IMG/VR virus record: IMGVR_UViG_3300028549_000928
Span: 1-37,473 of that record
Length of the DNA: 37,473 nt
Source: a virus
Direction: 5' to 3' (one strand)
The notes under the pieces are model-generated. The model saw nothing but the letters and a program-made list of their open reading frames with translations, had not been told where the DNA came from and did not search any database. Position 1 is the first letter of the stretch, and each line of letters starts with the position of its first letter. Shown here piece by piece: positions 14,114 through 22,878 of this stretch. The position numbers were made by a program, and so were the translations under genes.

Positions 14114-15663
14114 TAGAAGACAGTTCTATAAACTTTGATATTCAAAAACTGCAAAAACTTAAAGACGATTTGAATTATTATTCACATAATTTTCTTAAAA
14201 TAAAAACTAAAAATGATGGTTTGCAGCCTTTTTTGTTTACGAACATTCAGCTTGATGCCCATAATCGCATTCAGCAAAGGAAAAGAGAAGGAAAGCCTTG
14301 TAAAATAGTCTTTTTAAAGTCTCGACAAGTCGGAATGTCTACGTATACAGAGGCAAGATTCTTTTCAAACATTTCTTTCAGAAGAGCGAAAAACGCTTTC
14401 GTGCTTGCAGATAAAGAAAAATCAACGCAAAACATCTTCTCAATGACTAAAAGGTATTATGATAATCTTCCTTTAGCGTTACAAATCCCGACAAAAAAGC
14501 TTTCATCTGATGAAATAGTTTTTGAAACTGATTCAAGTTTTCGTGTTGGTACTGCAGGAAGTAAATCAATCGGTCGTTCAATGACAATCAATTACTTCCA
14601 CGGTTCAGAAGTAGGATTTTGGCAAAATGCTGACGAGATTGTATCGGGTATGTTTCAAACTATTCCTGAATCTATTGAATCAGAAGTTATATTGGAATCT
14701 ACCGCAAACGGAACTTCCGGAGATGGTGCATTCTTCTACAACATTGTTCAATCAGGATTAGACCCAAAATCGGATTATATGACGTTATTTTATCCTTGGT
14801 TTATGCAGAATGAGTATAAAAGAGCGATTATCGAACCTATTTCTTGGACTGATGAAGAAATTGAACTCAAGCGAATTTATAATTTGACTGATGAACAATT
14901 AGCTTGGCGGAGAGCGAAAATTGGGAATGAATTTAAAGGTCGTGAAAAATTATTCAAACAAGAATATCCTTCAAGTATTCAAGAGGCTTTCATAACAACT
15001 TCTAATGCCCTGATTCCATTGAATTACATTGAATTAGCAAGAACAAGATTTATAAATTCATCAAATGCTCCTATTGTAATAGGTGTTGACCCTGCAAGAC
15101 AAGGCGATAGAACCGTTATTACAATTCGACAAGGTAGAGTTTTATTAAAGCATTACAGATTTGATGAAATGAATGAAGTTAGACTTGCCGGTATTATTGC
15201 AAAATTAGTTAATACAATCAAGCCGGCTAGGGTGTTTATTGATTATGGACACGGTACAGGAACATACGACATTTTATGTTCAAACGGATTGGCTCATCTA
15301 GTAGAATTGGTACAATTTGGCTCATCAGCTTATGATTCAAATAAATATGCAAATAAACGTGCTGAGATGTTTGATAGTATGCGTGATTGGTTTATGCAAG
15401 ATGGCGGAGTTTACGTTCGTGACCAAGAGCATATTACTGAATTTGTAAGAGATGTAAGCCTTATACCGGATTTAAAAATATCAGATTCAAGTGGTAAATT
15501 CTCTCTTGAGAAAAAATCCTTGATTGTAAAAGGTACAGAAATATCTTCAACTGATTTTGCGGATTCATTGGCATTAACCTTTGCAAGTCCGATACCTTTT
15601 ACAAATTCAGAGTTTTCAAGTGAAATACAAGTTGTAAATCACAATTGGCAACAAATAAAATAA
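14110..15663 (+). CDS. terL: Terminase large subunit
   Basis: 517 aa with Walker-A-like FLKSRQVGMSTY, a downstream acidic ATPase motif region and a C-terminal nuclease-size domain. Position follows terS. Confidence 0.9.
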   Translation: MIEDSSINFDIQKLQKLKDDLNYYSHNFLKIKTKNDGLQPFLFTNIQLDAHNRIQQRKREGKPCKIVFLKSRQVGMSTYTEARFFSNISFRRAKNAFVLADKEKSTQNIFSMTKRYYDNLPLALQIPTKKLSSDEIVFETDSSFRVGTAGSKSIGRSMTINYFHGSEVGFWQNADEIVSGMFQTIPESIESEVILESTANGTSGDGAFFYNIVQSGLDPKSDYMTLFYPWFMQNEYKRAIIEPISWTDEEIELKRIYNLTDEQLAWRRAKIGNEFKGREKLFKQEYPSSIQEAFITTSNALIPLNYIELARTRFINSSNAPIVIGVDPARQGDRTVITIRQGRVLLKHYRFDEMNEVRLAGIIAKLVNTIKPARVFIDYGHGTGTYDILCSNGLAHLVELVQFGSSAYDSNKYANKRAEMFDSMRDWFMQDGGVYVRDQEHITEFVRDVSLIPDLKISDSSGKFSLEKKSLIVKGTEISSTDFADSLALTFASPIPFTNSEFSSEIQVVNHNWQQIK

Positions 15664-15673
15664 GGAGAAAATT

Positions 15674-15952
15674 ATGTTACCTTTCGCATTACCATTTTTA
15701 CCAATGTTATTAGGATTAGGTGGGGCATTAGCTTATGGAGAGTGGCAAAGAAAACGTGGACAAGATTCCTCAAGTTCAACTCCGGCTGCAACAACTGATG
15801 ATGCAAAAACAAAAATACAAACTGTTTACAATTACAACAGAATGAATGATTCAACGGTTGGTAGAAGTTTGTTCAATAGTCCTACGGCAAGTACTACAGG
15901 AAGTCCGACAGACCCAACACTTGCCAACAAGAAAAGAATGTTATTTCAATAA
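15674..15952 (+). CDS. Small hypothetical protein with a hydrophobic N-terminus (92 aa)
   Basis: Track ORF with AAGGAGAA RBS. N-terminus MLPFALPFLPMLLGLGGALAYG. C-terminus ANKKRMLFQ. Confidence 0.5.
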   Translation: MLPFALPFLPMLLGLGGALAYGEWQRKRGQDSSSSTPAATTDDAKTKIQTVYNYNRMNDSTVGRSLFNSPTASTTGSPTDPTLANKKRMLFQ

Positions 15953-15965
15953 AGGAGAATAAATT

Positions 15966-16139
15966 ATGTGTTTTGGAAAAACAAACAACTCTTCGGATAA
16001 TTCAGCTGCTGCAGTAACTTCTGTAAAAGATGAAACCGCAGCTAAAAAGCAAAGACTTTTGTTTACATCAGGTGAAAGTAATGGTGATGAAATTAAAGCA
16101 TCTCAAGGGGCATCAATCAGAAAAGTATTTGGAAATTAA
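15966..16139 (+). CDS. Small hypothetical protein (57 aa)
   Basis: Hand-translated: MCFGKTNNSSDNSAAAVTSVKDETAAKKQRLLFTSGESNGDEIKASQGASIRKVFGN. AAGGAGAA RBS. Its stop overlaps the next start (TAATG). Confidence 0.4.
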   Translation: MCFGKTNNSSDNSAAAVTSVKDETAAKKQRLLFTSGESNGDEIKASQGASIRKVFGN

Positions 16140-16591
16140 TGTTACACCGGACGGAAAAGGATATTAAGAACATTCAATACATTTTAGATAATCTTAGGCC
16201 TGATGATGTTGTAGAAATGAAAACCGAATACGGAGAAAATTGGCGAATCGTAGTCGAAGAATATTCAAAGATTTATGATTTAAAGATTGCCTGTGATGAA
16301 AACGGAAAACCTATTTGTATGAGTGGAGTTGTTCCGGAAGAAAACAATATTGGAATAGTTTGGTTATTGACTACAAAAGAAATTGAAAATCATTATCAAT
16401 CATTCTTGAATGAAGCCAAAACAGAGATTGATATGTGGTCTAAAGAATATGAAGTTCTTTGTAATGTAGTTCACAAGCGAAATAAGAAAGCTATTAGATG
16501 GCTTAAATGGCTTGGATTTAAGTTTGACAATCCGTTGAATATTCAACATAAAGATTCACTATTTTTTTATAAAGGAATTATAAATGAGTAA
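16139..16591 (+). CDS. Hypothetical head-module protein, possibly with a GNAT-like fold
   Basis: Track ORF. The C-terminal NKKAIRWLKWLGFKF resembles the acetyltransferase-fold ending (n..a.r.lek.GF). The assignment is weak. Confidence 0.6.
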   Translation: MLHRTEKDIKNIQYILDNLRPDDVVEMKTEYGENWRIVVEEYSKIYDLKIACDENGKPICMSGVVPEENNIGIVWLLTTKEIENHYQSFLNEAKTEIDMWSKEYEVLCNVVHKRNKKAIRWLKWLGFKFDNPLNIQHKDSLFFYKGIINE

Positions 16592-18413
16592 TACAGAAGA
16601 AAAACTGGTTATAGAGCGTTATACAGAGTTGAAAACACGTCGTGCAAAGTTTGTACCTCGTTGGAAAGATATTCAGAATTATGTTGCTATAACAAATGAT
16701 ATAAATGTTGATTTTGAAGACAATAGAACCGGTTCAGAGCAAAAAGATGTTTTCATCAATGACCCTACCGCTTTTATTTCAACGAATCAAGCCGGAGATT
16801 ATCTTGCAGGGATTCTTTGGAATAGTGGAATAATTACGCTTGAACCTTCAACTTATGTCAAGAAAAATTCAACAGAGGATTTGAGCGAATTTTATAAAAA
16901 TGCATCAAACATCACTCAAGAACAAATTGATTCTTCTGATGCAGGATTTCAGGCTATTTTAAAATCATATTGTTATGACCAATTCTCTTTTGCAACCTCT
17001 GGAATAGGTGCATTTAGAAGTAAGGAATTCGACAACGGACAATCCGAATGCTGCCTTACTTTTAAGCCTTACGGTGTATGGAATAGCTGCATTGATGAAG
17101 GAAGTAGTAATAAAGTAAATGTTATCTACACCGTCTATAATTGGAGATTGAATAAAATTGTTGATGAATTCTGTTATAACAAAGACGGAGAACTTGATGA
17201 AACGATTATTGCTAAACTTCCGGAAGAGTTAAAACAAGCTTATGATGCGAAAGATTATAATAAAAAGTTTAAACTTGTATATGGGATTTTGCCTCACGAC
17301 CATTATCAAATGGGCAAACGTGGAGTAAAAGGAGCAAGATATAAGGGCTTTTGGTTCTTGGAAGGTTCTAAACAAGTATTTAATGTTGATTATTACAAAG
17401 AATTGCCGATTGCAGTATGCCGTGCTATTCGTGTAAACAATCAGGAATATGGTGAAAGTTCAGGAAGTTTAGCGATTTCATCAATCAAAATGCTTAATTA
17501 TATTACTGGAAACGCAGTTGACAACATAGATAAAACAACAAATTTACCTCTAGGAGTTGTTTCAGGCTCTTTGGTAAATGGAAACACTATAAATACATCA
17601 GCAAATAAAGTTACTCAGTTTAATGCTAAAGCAATGGGTGATGGTAAAAGTCCAGTATTCCCGATTGCTACAGTCGGAGATATTTCAGGGTTAGTTAATT
17701 TCTTAATTCCAAAAGCTGAAAAAGATATTGTAAATGTATTCAAGATTGACCAATTGCTAGATTCTAATAGTGCTACATCAATGACTGCAACTGAGAGTTC
17801 TTACAGAATGTCAATCAGAGGCAAATCAACATCAGGGCTTATTTCTCAACAAAAAACTGAGTTACTTGAGCCTTTGACACATAGAGATATTTCAATCATT
17901 CAAGATTGTAAATTATACGGATATATTCTTGACGAACTTCCGGAAACAACGGAAGAGGAAATTGCATTTAAGAAAAAGGTTATAGAGGATAAAGAATTTA
18001 TCCCTGAGCCTGTTGTTAAAGCAATGAGAGATGGAAAGCGTTGGTATAAATTAAGATTCAACGGTGAATTAGAAAAACTTGCGAACTCTGAATTATATGA
18101 TGCACTTGCAAGATTTCTACAACTTGCTCAAGCAGTCTTTGGCATTGTTCCAGAAACTGTTATGGCAATGAAAGGGTATGAACTATTAAAGCTAATAAAA
18201 GATATATCAAATCTTAATAACGATAATTTGATGTTGAGCGAAACCGAGTTCAAAAATGCTCTTAAGGCCAAAGCGGAAATAGAACAAAAGCAGATGGATA
18301 TTCAAAGTGCAATGGCACAATCACAGATAGTAAAAAACACGGCAACGGCACAAAAAGATGGAGCGATGGCAGATGCAACACAATCAAACTCAAACGGATA
18401 TAGTCAACAGTAG
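16584..18413 (+). CDS. Portal (head-to-tail connector) protein, podovirus type
   Basis: 609 aa, located between the terminase and scaffold genes. The N-terminal ERYTELKTRRAKFVPRWKDIQNYV resembles the T7 gp8-type connector N-terminus. Confidence 0.8.
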   Translation: MSNTEEKLVIERYTELKTRRAKFVPRWKDIQNYVAITNDINVDFEDNRTGSEQKDVFINDPTAFISTNQAGDYLAGILWNSGIITLEPSTYVKKNSTEDLSEFYKNASNITQEQIDSSDAGFQAILKSYCYDQFSFATSGIGAFRSKEFDNGQSECCLTFKPYGVWNSCIDEGSSNKVNVIYTVYNWRLNKIVDEFCYNKDGELDETIIAKLPEELKQAYDAKDYNKKFKLVYGILPHDHYQMGKRGVKGARYKGFWFLEGSKQVFNVDYYKELPIAVCRAIRVNNQEYGESSGSLAISSIKMLNYITGNAVDNIDKTTNLPLGVVSGSLVNGNTINTSANKVTQFNAKAMGDGKSPVFPIATVGDISGLVNFLIPKAEKDIVNVFKIDQLLDSNSATSMTATESSYRMSIRGKSTSGLISQQKTELLEPLTHRDISIIQDCKLYGYILDELPETTEEEIAFKKKVIEDKEFIPEPVVKAMRDGKRWYKLRFNGELEKLANSELYDALARFLQLAQAVFGIVPETVMAMKGYELLKLIKDISNLNNDNLMLSETEFKNALKAKAEIEQKQMDIQSAMAQSQIVKNTATAQKDGAMADATQSNSNGYSQQ

Positions 18414-18675
18414 AAAAGAAGAACAACAAGCAATTCAAAAACAACGAGAAGAAAAAATATTGTTTGTTTGTTCAAAACAATTTTCAGGTGTAAATGGAAT
18501 CTACTTAGGTAAATTCTTGGCCGAGATTTGTTTATGGGCAAAGTATGAAGAGGGAGATATTAATGTTGACCCTCAATCAGTTGTTTATGAAAAAGCAAGA
18601 AGAGACGTTTGGAAAATATTAAGAAAATTCATACCGGCTAAAACATTAGCTGATATTGAGATATTCGATAACTAG
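18358..18675 (+). CDS. Hypothetical protein; start uncertain because it overlaps the portal 3' end
   Basis: Track ORF. Alternative in-frame starts exist downstream, and there is no clear RBS. Confidence 0.4.
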   Translation: MERWQMQHNQTQTDIVNSRKEEQQAIQKQREEKILFVCSKQFSGVNGIYLGKFLAEICLWAKYEEGDINVDPQSVVYEKARRDVWKILRKFIPAKTLADIEIFDN

Positions 18676-18688
18676 AAGGAGAAGAAAA

Positions 18689-19585
18689 ATGGACAACGAC
18701 AACGAAAATTTAGGCGGTGAAAGCCTAGAGGCTGAAAGCTCAGGTGGTGAGAATTCAGGAAGTGAATCAGGACAACAACAATCCGAATCAAATCAAGAAT
18801 TTGCGATTCCTCAAGAGTATGCAGAAAAAGGATGGGCAAAGAATTTTGAGGGAAAACAAGGTGGTGAATTAGCAAGTGAAGTTTTTAAAAGCTTTGACAA
18901 CTCACAATCTTTGGTAGGTAAAAAAGTTGAAGAGTATCTTGGCTCTGTAGATTTGAAAACTTTGAGCAATTTTGAAGAGATTAAAAGCACTTTAATGTCA
19001 CAAATCGCTCCGGAATACCAAGTTCCTGAAAATGCAGCGGATTATTCATTAAACGATATTCTGAAAGACGAAGAGGGAAACCAAGCTTTTGAATATCCGG
19101 AAGAGGTCTTGAATAGGTTTGCAGAAACTTTTAAAACACGTGGGTTGAATAAAGAACAAGCCCAAGGGGTCTTAAAGGATTATACAGATTTTGAGATGCA
19201 AGAATTTCAGAAAATGACAAATACGGAGGATTTAAACAGTAGTCTAAAAACAATGTTCAATGGCAATACTGAGAATCGTACAAAATGCGAAAGTTTAATC
19301 AAGGAATTTATTTCTGATGAAGACCAAAAGTTTTTGCAGGATTCAGCCCCGAATAAGATAATTGAAATAATGTACAAGATGTCAAAAGGATTCGCTGAAA
19401 AGTATGATTACAAAGAAGGGAACGCCGGCGGAGGCAAAGGGCAAAGTCAATTGGCAATGTCTCAAACTGAAAAAGACCAAAAGTTTGATAAGTTGCATGA
19501 TGAGTTGATGAGTTTAAATAGCAGACCGCATACTGCTGAGGAAAAAGATTCAATCAGAAAACAAATGATTGAACTTCAAAAATAA
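18689..19585 (+). CDS. Scaffolding protein (298 aa)
   Basis: Track ORF is 18656-19585. The ATG at 18689 is preferred because of GAAGGAGAAG upstream. Acidic, low-complexity N-terminus (GGESLEAESSGGENSGSESGQQQSESNQ) and a helical remainder. Position is portal-scaffold-capsid. Confidence 0.65.
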   Translation: MDNDNENLGGESLEAESSGGENSGSESGQQQSESNQEFAIPQEYAEKGWAKNFEGKQGGELASEVFKSFDNSQSLVGKKVEEYLGSVDLKTLSNFEEIKSTLMSQIAPEYQVPENAADYSLNDILKDEEGNQAFEYPEEVLNRFAETFKTRGLNKEQAQGVLKDYTDFEMQEFQKMTNTEDLNSSLKTMFNGNTENRTKCESLIKEFISDEDQKFLQDSAPNKIIEIMYKMSKGFAEKYDYKEGNAGGGKGQSQLAMSQTEKDQKFDKLHDELMSLNSRPHTAEEKDSIRKQMIELQK

Positions 19586-19651
19586 AACTTGCGGATTGAT
19601 TATCGTAAATAAAATTTGACAAATAAGGTAGCTTAACAAAAGGAGAAGAAA

Positions 19652-19954
19652 ATGGTACAAGGATTTTTTAACAGAGGCCAAGATAGCTTTGTAATAGGCG
19701 GTGTTGACCTTGCCAAGCAAGAAAATGAAACCCCAAGTGAAGAACAAGGATTCACAGAAGAGGGAGCATTTTTAAAGAATGAAGATTTAACAGAAAATGC
19801 ACCACAAGATGCAGAAAATGTTGATTCAACTAACGGAGAAATTTCAAAGCTTAGAGAAGTTATTGAAATTGTTAAAGCAAGTGAAAATCAATATTATGCT
19901 TTAGCATTGCCAAAACTTCAAGGGGCATTAACTTGTCTTGAGGCTGCAGAGTAA
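19652..19954 (+). CDS. Hypothetical acidic head-module protein (100 aa)
   Basis: Track ORF with AAAGGAGAAG RBS. Confidence 0.6.
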   Translation: MVQGFFNRGQDSFVIGGVDLAKQENETPSEEQGFTEEGAFLKNEDLTENAPQDAENVDSTNGEISKLREVIEIVKASENQYYALALPKLQGALTCLEAAE

Positions 19955-19991
19955 TTACAAGCTATATTTTAACTTAGAAGGAGAAGAAAAA

Positions 19992-20618
19992 ATGATAGAA
20001 GCACAAGTAGAAGGAATTTATCAAACAGATGTAGGAAGTGGACAAAAACAGTTCACCAACTACAATTTTACAATTGATGTTGCAGGGAATCATCTTGATT
20101 TCTTAGATTCACATCTTCAAAAAAGATTTGTTCCGATTAAAATTCGACAACAAAAAGGCAAGCCAATGTTTTCAAGATTAACTAATTACAGATTAGTTAG
20201 CTACAAAGTAAACGATAAGCCTTGCGGATTGGATGACAAAGATATTTTCGAAATGAACGAATGGGAGATTCAGCAACTTGCAAGATTCTTCAATTTGTTG
20301 GAAATACCTTTGCCTTACACAATTTCTCTTCACGAGTTGAAAGAGAGAGCAGCACTTGAATATCTTAAACACGTTATTAAAGTGCCAATGGAAACAAATG
20401 AAGACAAAGATAAATTGGAATTCTTTGTTAAACAGGAAAGTGGCGGTTATGTTGTAAATTTTGAAAATCAAAAATGCAATGTAAAAGCGGTTGAAAGAAA
20501 TCTTGATGCCTCTATTCCGACACCTTCAAGATTATCTTTAGAGGAGATATTACACAAATCTTCTGTACAAGATAATGCCGGATTCATTCCAAGTGAATCT
20601 GAATTGCTTGATATATAA
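19992..20618 (+). CDS. Hypothetical head-module protein (208 aa)
   Basis: Track ORF is 19938-20618. The ATG at 19992 is preferred because of GAAGGAGAAG upstream. Confidence 0.65.
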   Translation: MIEAQVEGIYQTDVGSGQKQFTNYNFTIDVAGNHLDFLDSHLQKRFVPIKIRQQKGKPMFSRLTNYRLVSYKVNDKPCGLDDKDIFEMNEWEIQQLARFFNLLEIPLPYTISLHELKERAALEYLKHVIKVPMETNEDKDKLEFFVKQESGGYVVNFENQKCNVKAVERNLDASIPTPSRLSLEEILHKSSVQDNAGFIPSESELLDI

Positions 20619-20725
20619 GGGCAGCTTTATTTATTTAAAGTCCTTCAAATCAGGAAAAACCGAAAACCTCTTATAGAGATAATTTTCAAAAGTTATTGTT
20701 ACATTAAAGAAAAAGGAGAAACACA

Positions 20726-21652
20726 ATGGGAGCAACACTAAACCCTTCAATTGAACAAGCTTATTTGCAGACTTTTGAGAAAAATTTCTACAAATTGGCA
20801 CAACAACAAGACACATTACTTTTAAAAACTCCGGCGATCAAATTTATGGACATTAAAGGTATTTCGAATGTGTCAAGATTGGGCAAAACAGAACTTGGCG
20901 AAGTAACAGGACAAAGAAACCCTGAGAAACAATATTCTGAAATGTCTAATGACAACAGAAAATCGAAAGCAAGAAGATTTACAAAAACCTTTGTAGTAGA
21001 TTCTTACGACAAGGCGGTAAATCTAATTACTGACCCTACTGGTGATTTGTTCACGCTTTTACAACAAGCAAAAAACAGAACGACCGATAGAGTTATTGTT
21101 GATGCTGCGGTTGGTAATGTTGTAATCGGAAGACCTGATGAGGCCGGAACAACTAAAACTGCTGCTGAGGATGGAGTAATTACGATTGTTGGTACATCAA
21201 GTTTCAACTATCAACAAGTTATTGCACCGGCAATCAGAAATTTCACTAATAATGAAATTGATGCACAAAGTGGAGTAACACTTGCTCTTACCGGTTCAGA
21301 AAAAGAATCGCTTATGAATGATGATAAATACATTCATGCGTTCTATTCTAACGGTGGGGTGATTGATAAAGGCGATATTAAAAAAGCATCAAACTTTGAT
21401 ATTATCGCTTTTGCAGGAACTGATAATGGAGTTATTACAGTTAATAACCCTATTCTTCCTGAACTTGCTAACGGAACACGTCAAAACTTGATTCTAGCAC
21501 CTCAATCAATCGGCTTTGCAATGGAAGTTGGAAGATTGGATTGTGAAAAATCTAGTAAGTATGTAAATTCTTGGGAAGTTACTATTGATGTATGGTTCAA
21601 GGCTTTACGTTTAGAAGGTGGAAAAGTACAAATTGTAACTTCTACAATCTAG
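20726..21652 (+). CDS. Major capsid protein
   Basis: 308 aa with AAAGGAGAAA RBS, located after the scaffold gene and followed by a strong terminator. The N-terminal pattern (EQAYLQTFEKNFYKLAQQQ...RLGKTELGEVTGQRNPE) is typical of podovirus capsid proteins. Confidence 0.8.
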   Translation: MGATLNPSIEQAYLQTFEKNFYKLAQQQDTLLLKTPAIKFMDIKGISNVSRLGKTELGEVTGQRNPEKQYSEMSNDNRKSKARRFTKTFVVDSYDKAVNLITDPTGDLFTLLQQAKNRTTDRVIVDAAVGNVVIGRPDEAGTTKTAAEDGVITIVGTSSFNYQQVIAPAIRNFTNNEIDAQSGVTLALTGSEKESLMNDDKYIHAFYSNGGVIDKGDIKKASNFDIIAFAGTDNGVITVNNPILPELANGTRQNLILAPQSIGFAMEVGRLDCEKSSKYVNSWEVTIDVWFKALRLEGGKVQIVTSTI

Positions 21653-21658
21653 TGATTT

Positions 21659-21681
21659 GGGCTGATTCTTTCAGCCCTTTT
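21659..21681 (+). terminator. Rho-independent terminator after the capsid gene
   Basis: gggctga-ttctt-tcagccc followed by tttt. Confidence 0.75.
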
Positions 21682-21726
21682 CAAAACTCAACCGTATTTA
21701 CTTAATTAAAAAAAGGAGATTTTAAA

Positions 21727-22209
21727 ATGGCTACAAAATATACTGTAGAATCAACAAGCTTGAAAAATGCTTACCTAGCCGGAGCAACTATTAAAAAAGC
21801 TTATGGGAAAATTGTTACTGATGCAGTAACGGCCATAGGTGATTTATTGGTTATGGCTCAAGGTATCGCTGCTAATTCAATTATTCATTCAATAAAAATG
21901 ACTAATACTGCAGCCGGTACAGGATTACTTGCTGATGTTGATGTTGTTATTAGAAAAGCTAATTTAGCTAAACCATTGGCTACTGAGGTGCAATTGGCTG
22001 ATGCTTTGAACCTTGAGGCTGCACTTGTGGCAAAAGAAGTTCTTGGCTCAGGTGTTGCCGGCTTTGACAGAACTAAATCACTCGCTGGTTTATGTTCTCT
22101 AGGGGATGATAGTTTAGGTGATGGTGTGGCTCTTTGCATTCTTGTAAATGATGCCGGCACAGCAGCAACGACTATTAACTATGAAATTGAATATTCTTCT
22201 CCTCAATAG
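21727..22209 (+). CDS. Ala/Gly-rich virion structural protein (decoration or minor head protein candidate)
   Basis: 160-aa ORF with AAAGGAG RBS. Visibly GC-richer and more Ala-rich than its neighbours. It is flanked by terminators, which suggests a high expression level. Confidence 0.6.
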   Translation: MATKYTVESTSLKNAYLAGATIKKAYGKIVTDAVTAIGDLLVMAQGIAANSIIHSIKMTNTAAGTGLLADVDVVIRKANLAKPLATEVQLADALNLEAALVAKEVLGSGVAGFDRTKSLAGLCSLGDDSLGDGVALCILVNDAGTAATTINYEIEYSSPQ

Positions 22210-22227
22210 TTGAATATCAATGAGGCA

Positions 22228-22250
22228 GGGGGAAGAAATTCCCCTTGTTT
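22228..22250 (+). terminator. Rho-independent terminator (GAAA tetraloop)
   Basis: ggggaa-gaaa-ttcccc followed by ttgtttt. Confidence 0.65.
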
Positions 22251-22275
22251 TCCTTACAAAAAGCAGAGGTAAATT

Positions 22276-22878
22276 ATGGTAAATTCAGCAGTAGAAATAT
22301 GTAATCTAGCATTAGATTTAATAGGAACAAAAGGCATTGTAAACATTGAAGACACGGCCGATAAGACGGCAAAACTTTGTTTACGTTGGTATGATGTCTC
22401 AAGGCGTAGTTTATTGAAAGATATAAACGCATCTTTTGCTATTAAAAGAGCAGCATTAGCGGAAGTAGCAGATTATGAATCTGTTTATGGATATGAAAAT
22501 GCGTTCGCACTTCCTGCGGATTGTTTAAAAGTTTTAAATATCGAAGACCCTATGTTGATTGAAAGATATCAAATTGAGGGCAATAATTATTTATTTTGCA
22601 ACTATAAAGGACTTGTTCATATTCGGTACACTTTTGATTGTACTGATGTTTCAACTTATGATGATGAATTTATAGAACTGTTTGCTTTGAAACTGGCAAG
22701 CAATATTTGCGTGCCTTTAACTCAGGATAGAGAAAAGCAAACATATTTCTTATCTTTGTTGAAAAGTAAATATGTTGAAACATCAACAAAATATGGGGAT
22801 GATAACAAAGTGATTCTTGTTAGTCAACCTCGATTCAGAGATGCTAAAAATGGTGAGTATGGAGAATACATAAGATGA
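22276..22878 (+). CDS. Head-tail adaptor / tail tubular protein A-like (T7 gp11-like)
   Basis: 200 aa. The N-terminal ICNLALDLIGTKGIVNIED...AKLCLRWYDVSRRSLL parallels the T7 gp11 N-terminus pattern. Gene order fits. Confidence 0.6.
   Translation: MVNSAVEICNLALDLIGTKGIVNIEDTADKTAKLCLRWYDVSRRSLLKDINASFAIKRAALAEVADYESVYGYENAFALPADCLKVLNIEDPMLIERYQIEGNNYLFCNYKGLVHIRYTFDCTDVSTYDDEFIELFALKLASNICVPLTQDREKQTYFLSLLKSKYVETSTKYGDDNKVILVSQPRFRDAKNGEYGEYIR

Noticed and set aside
21885-22160. 91-aa minus-strand ORF
   Set aside because: It is an antisense shadow of the GC-richer, Ala-rich structural gene 21727-22209, and Ala-rich genes typically leave open antisense frames.
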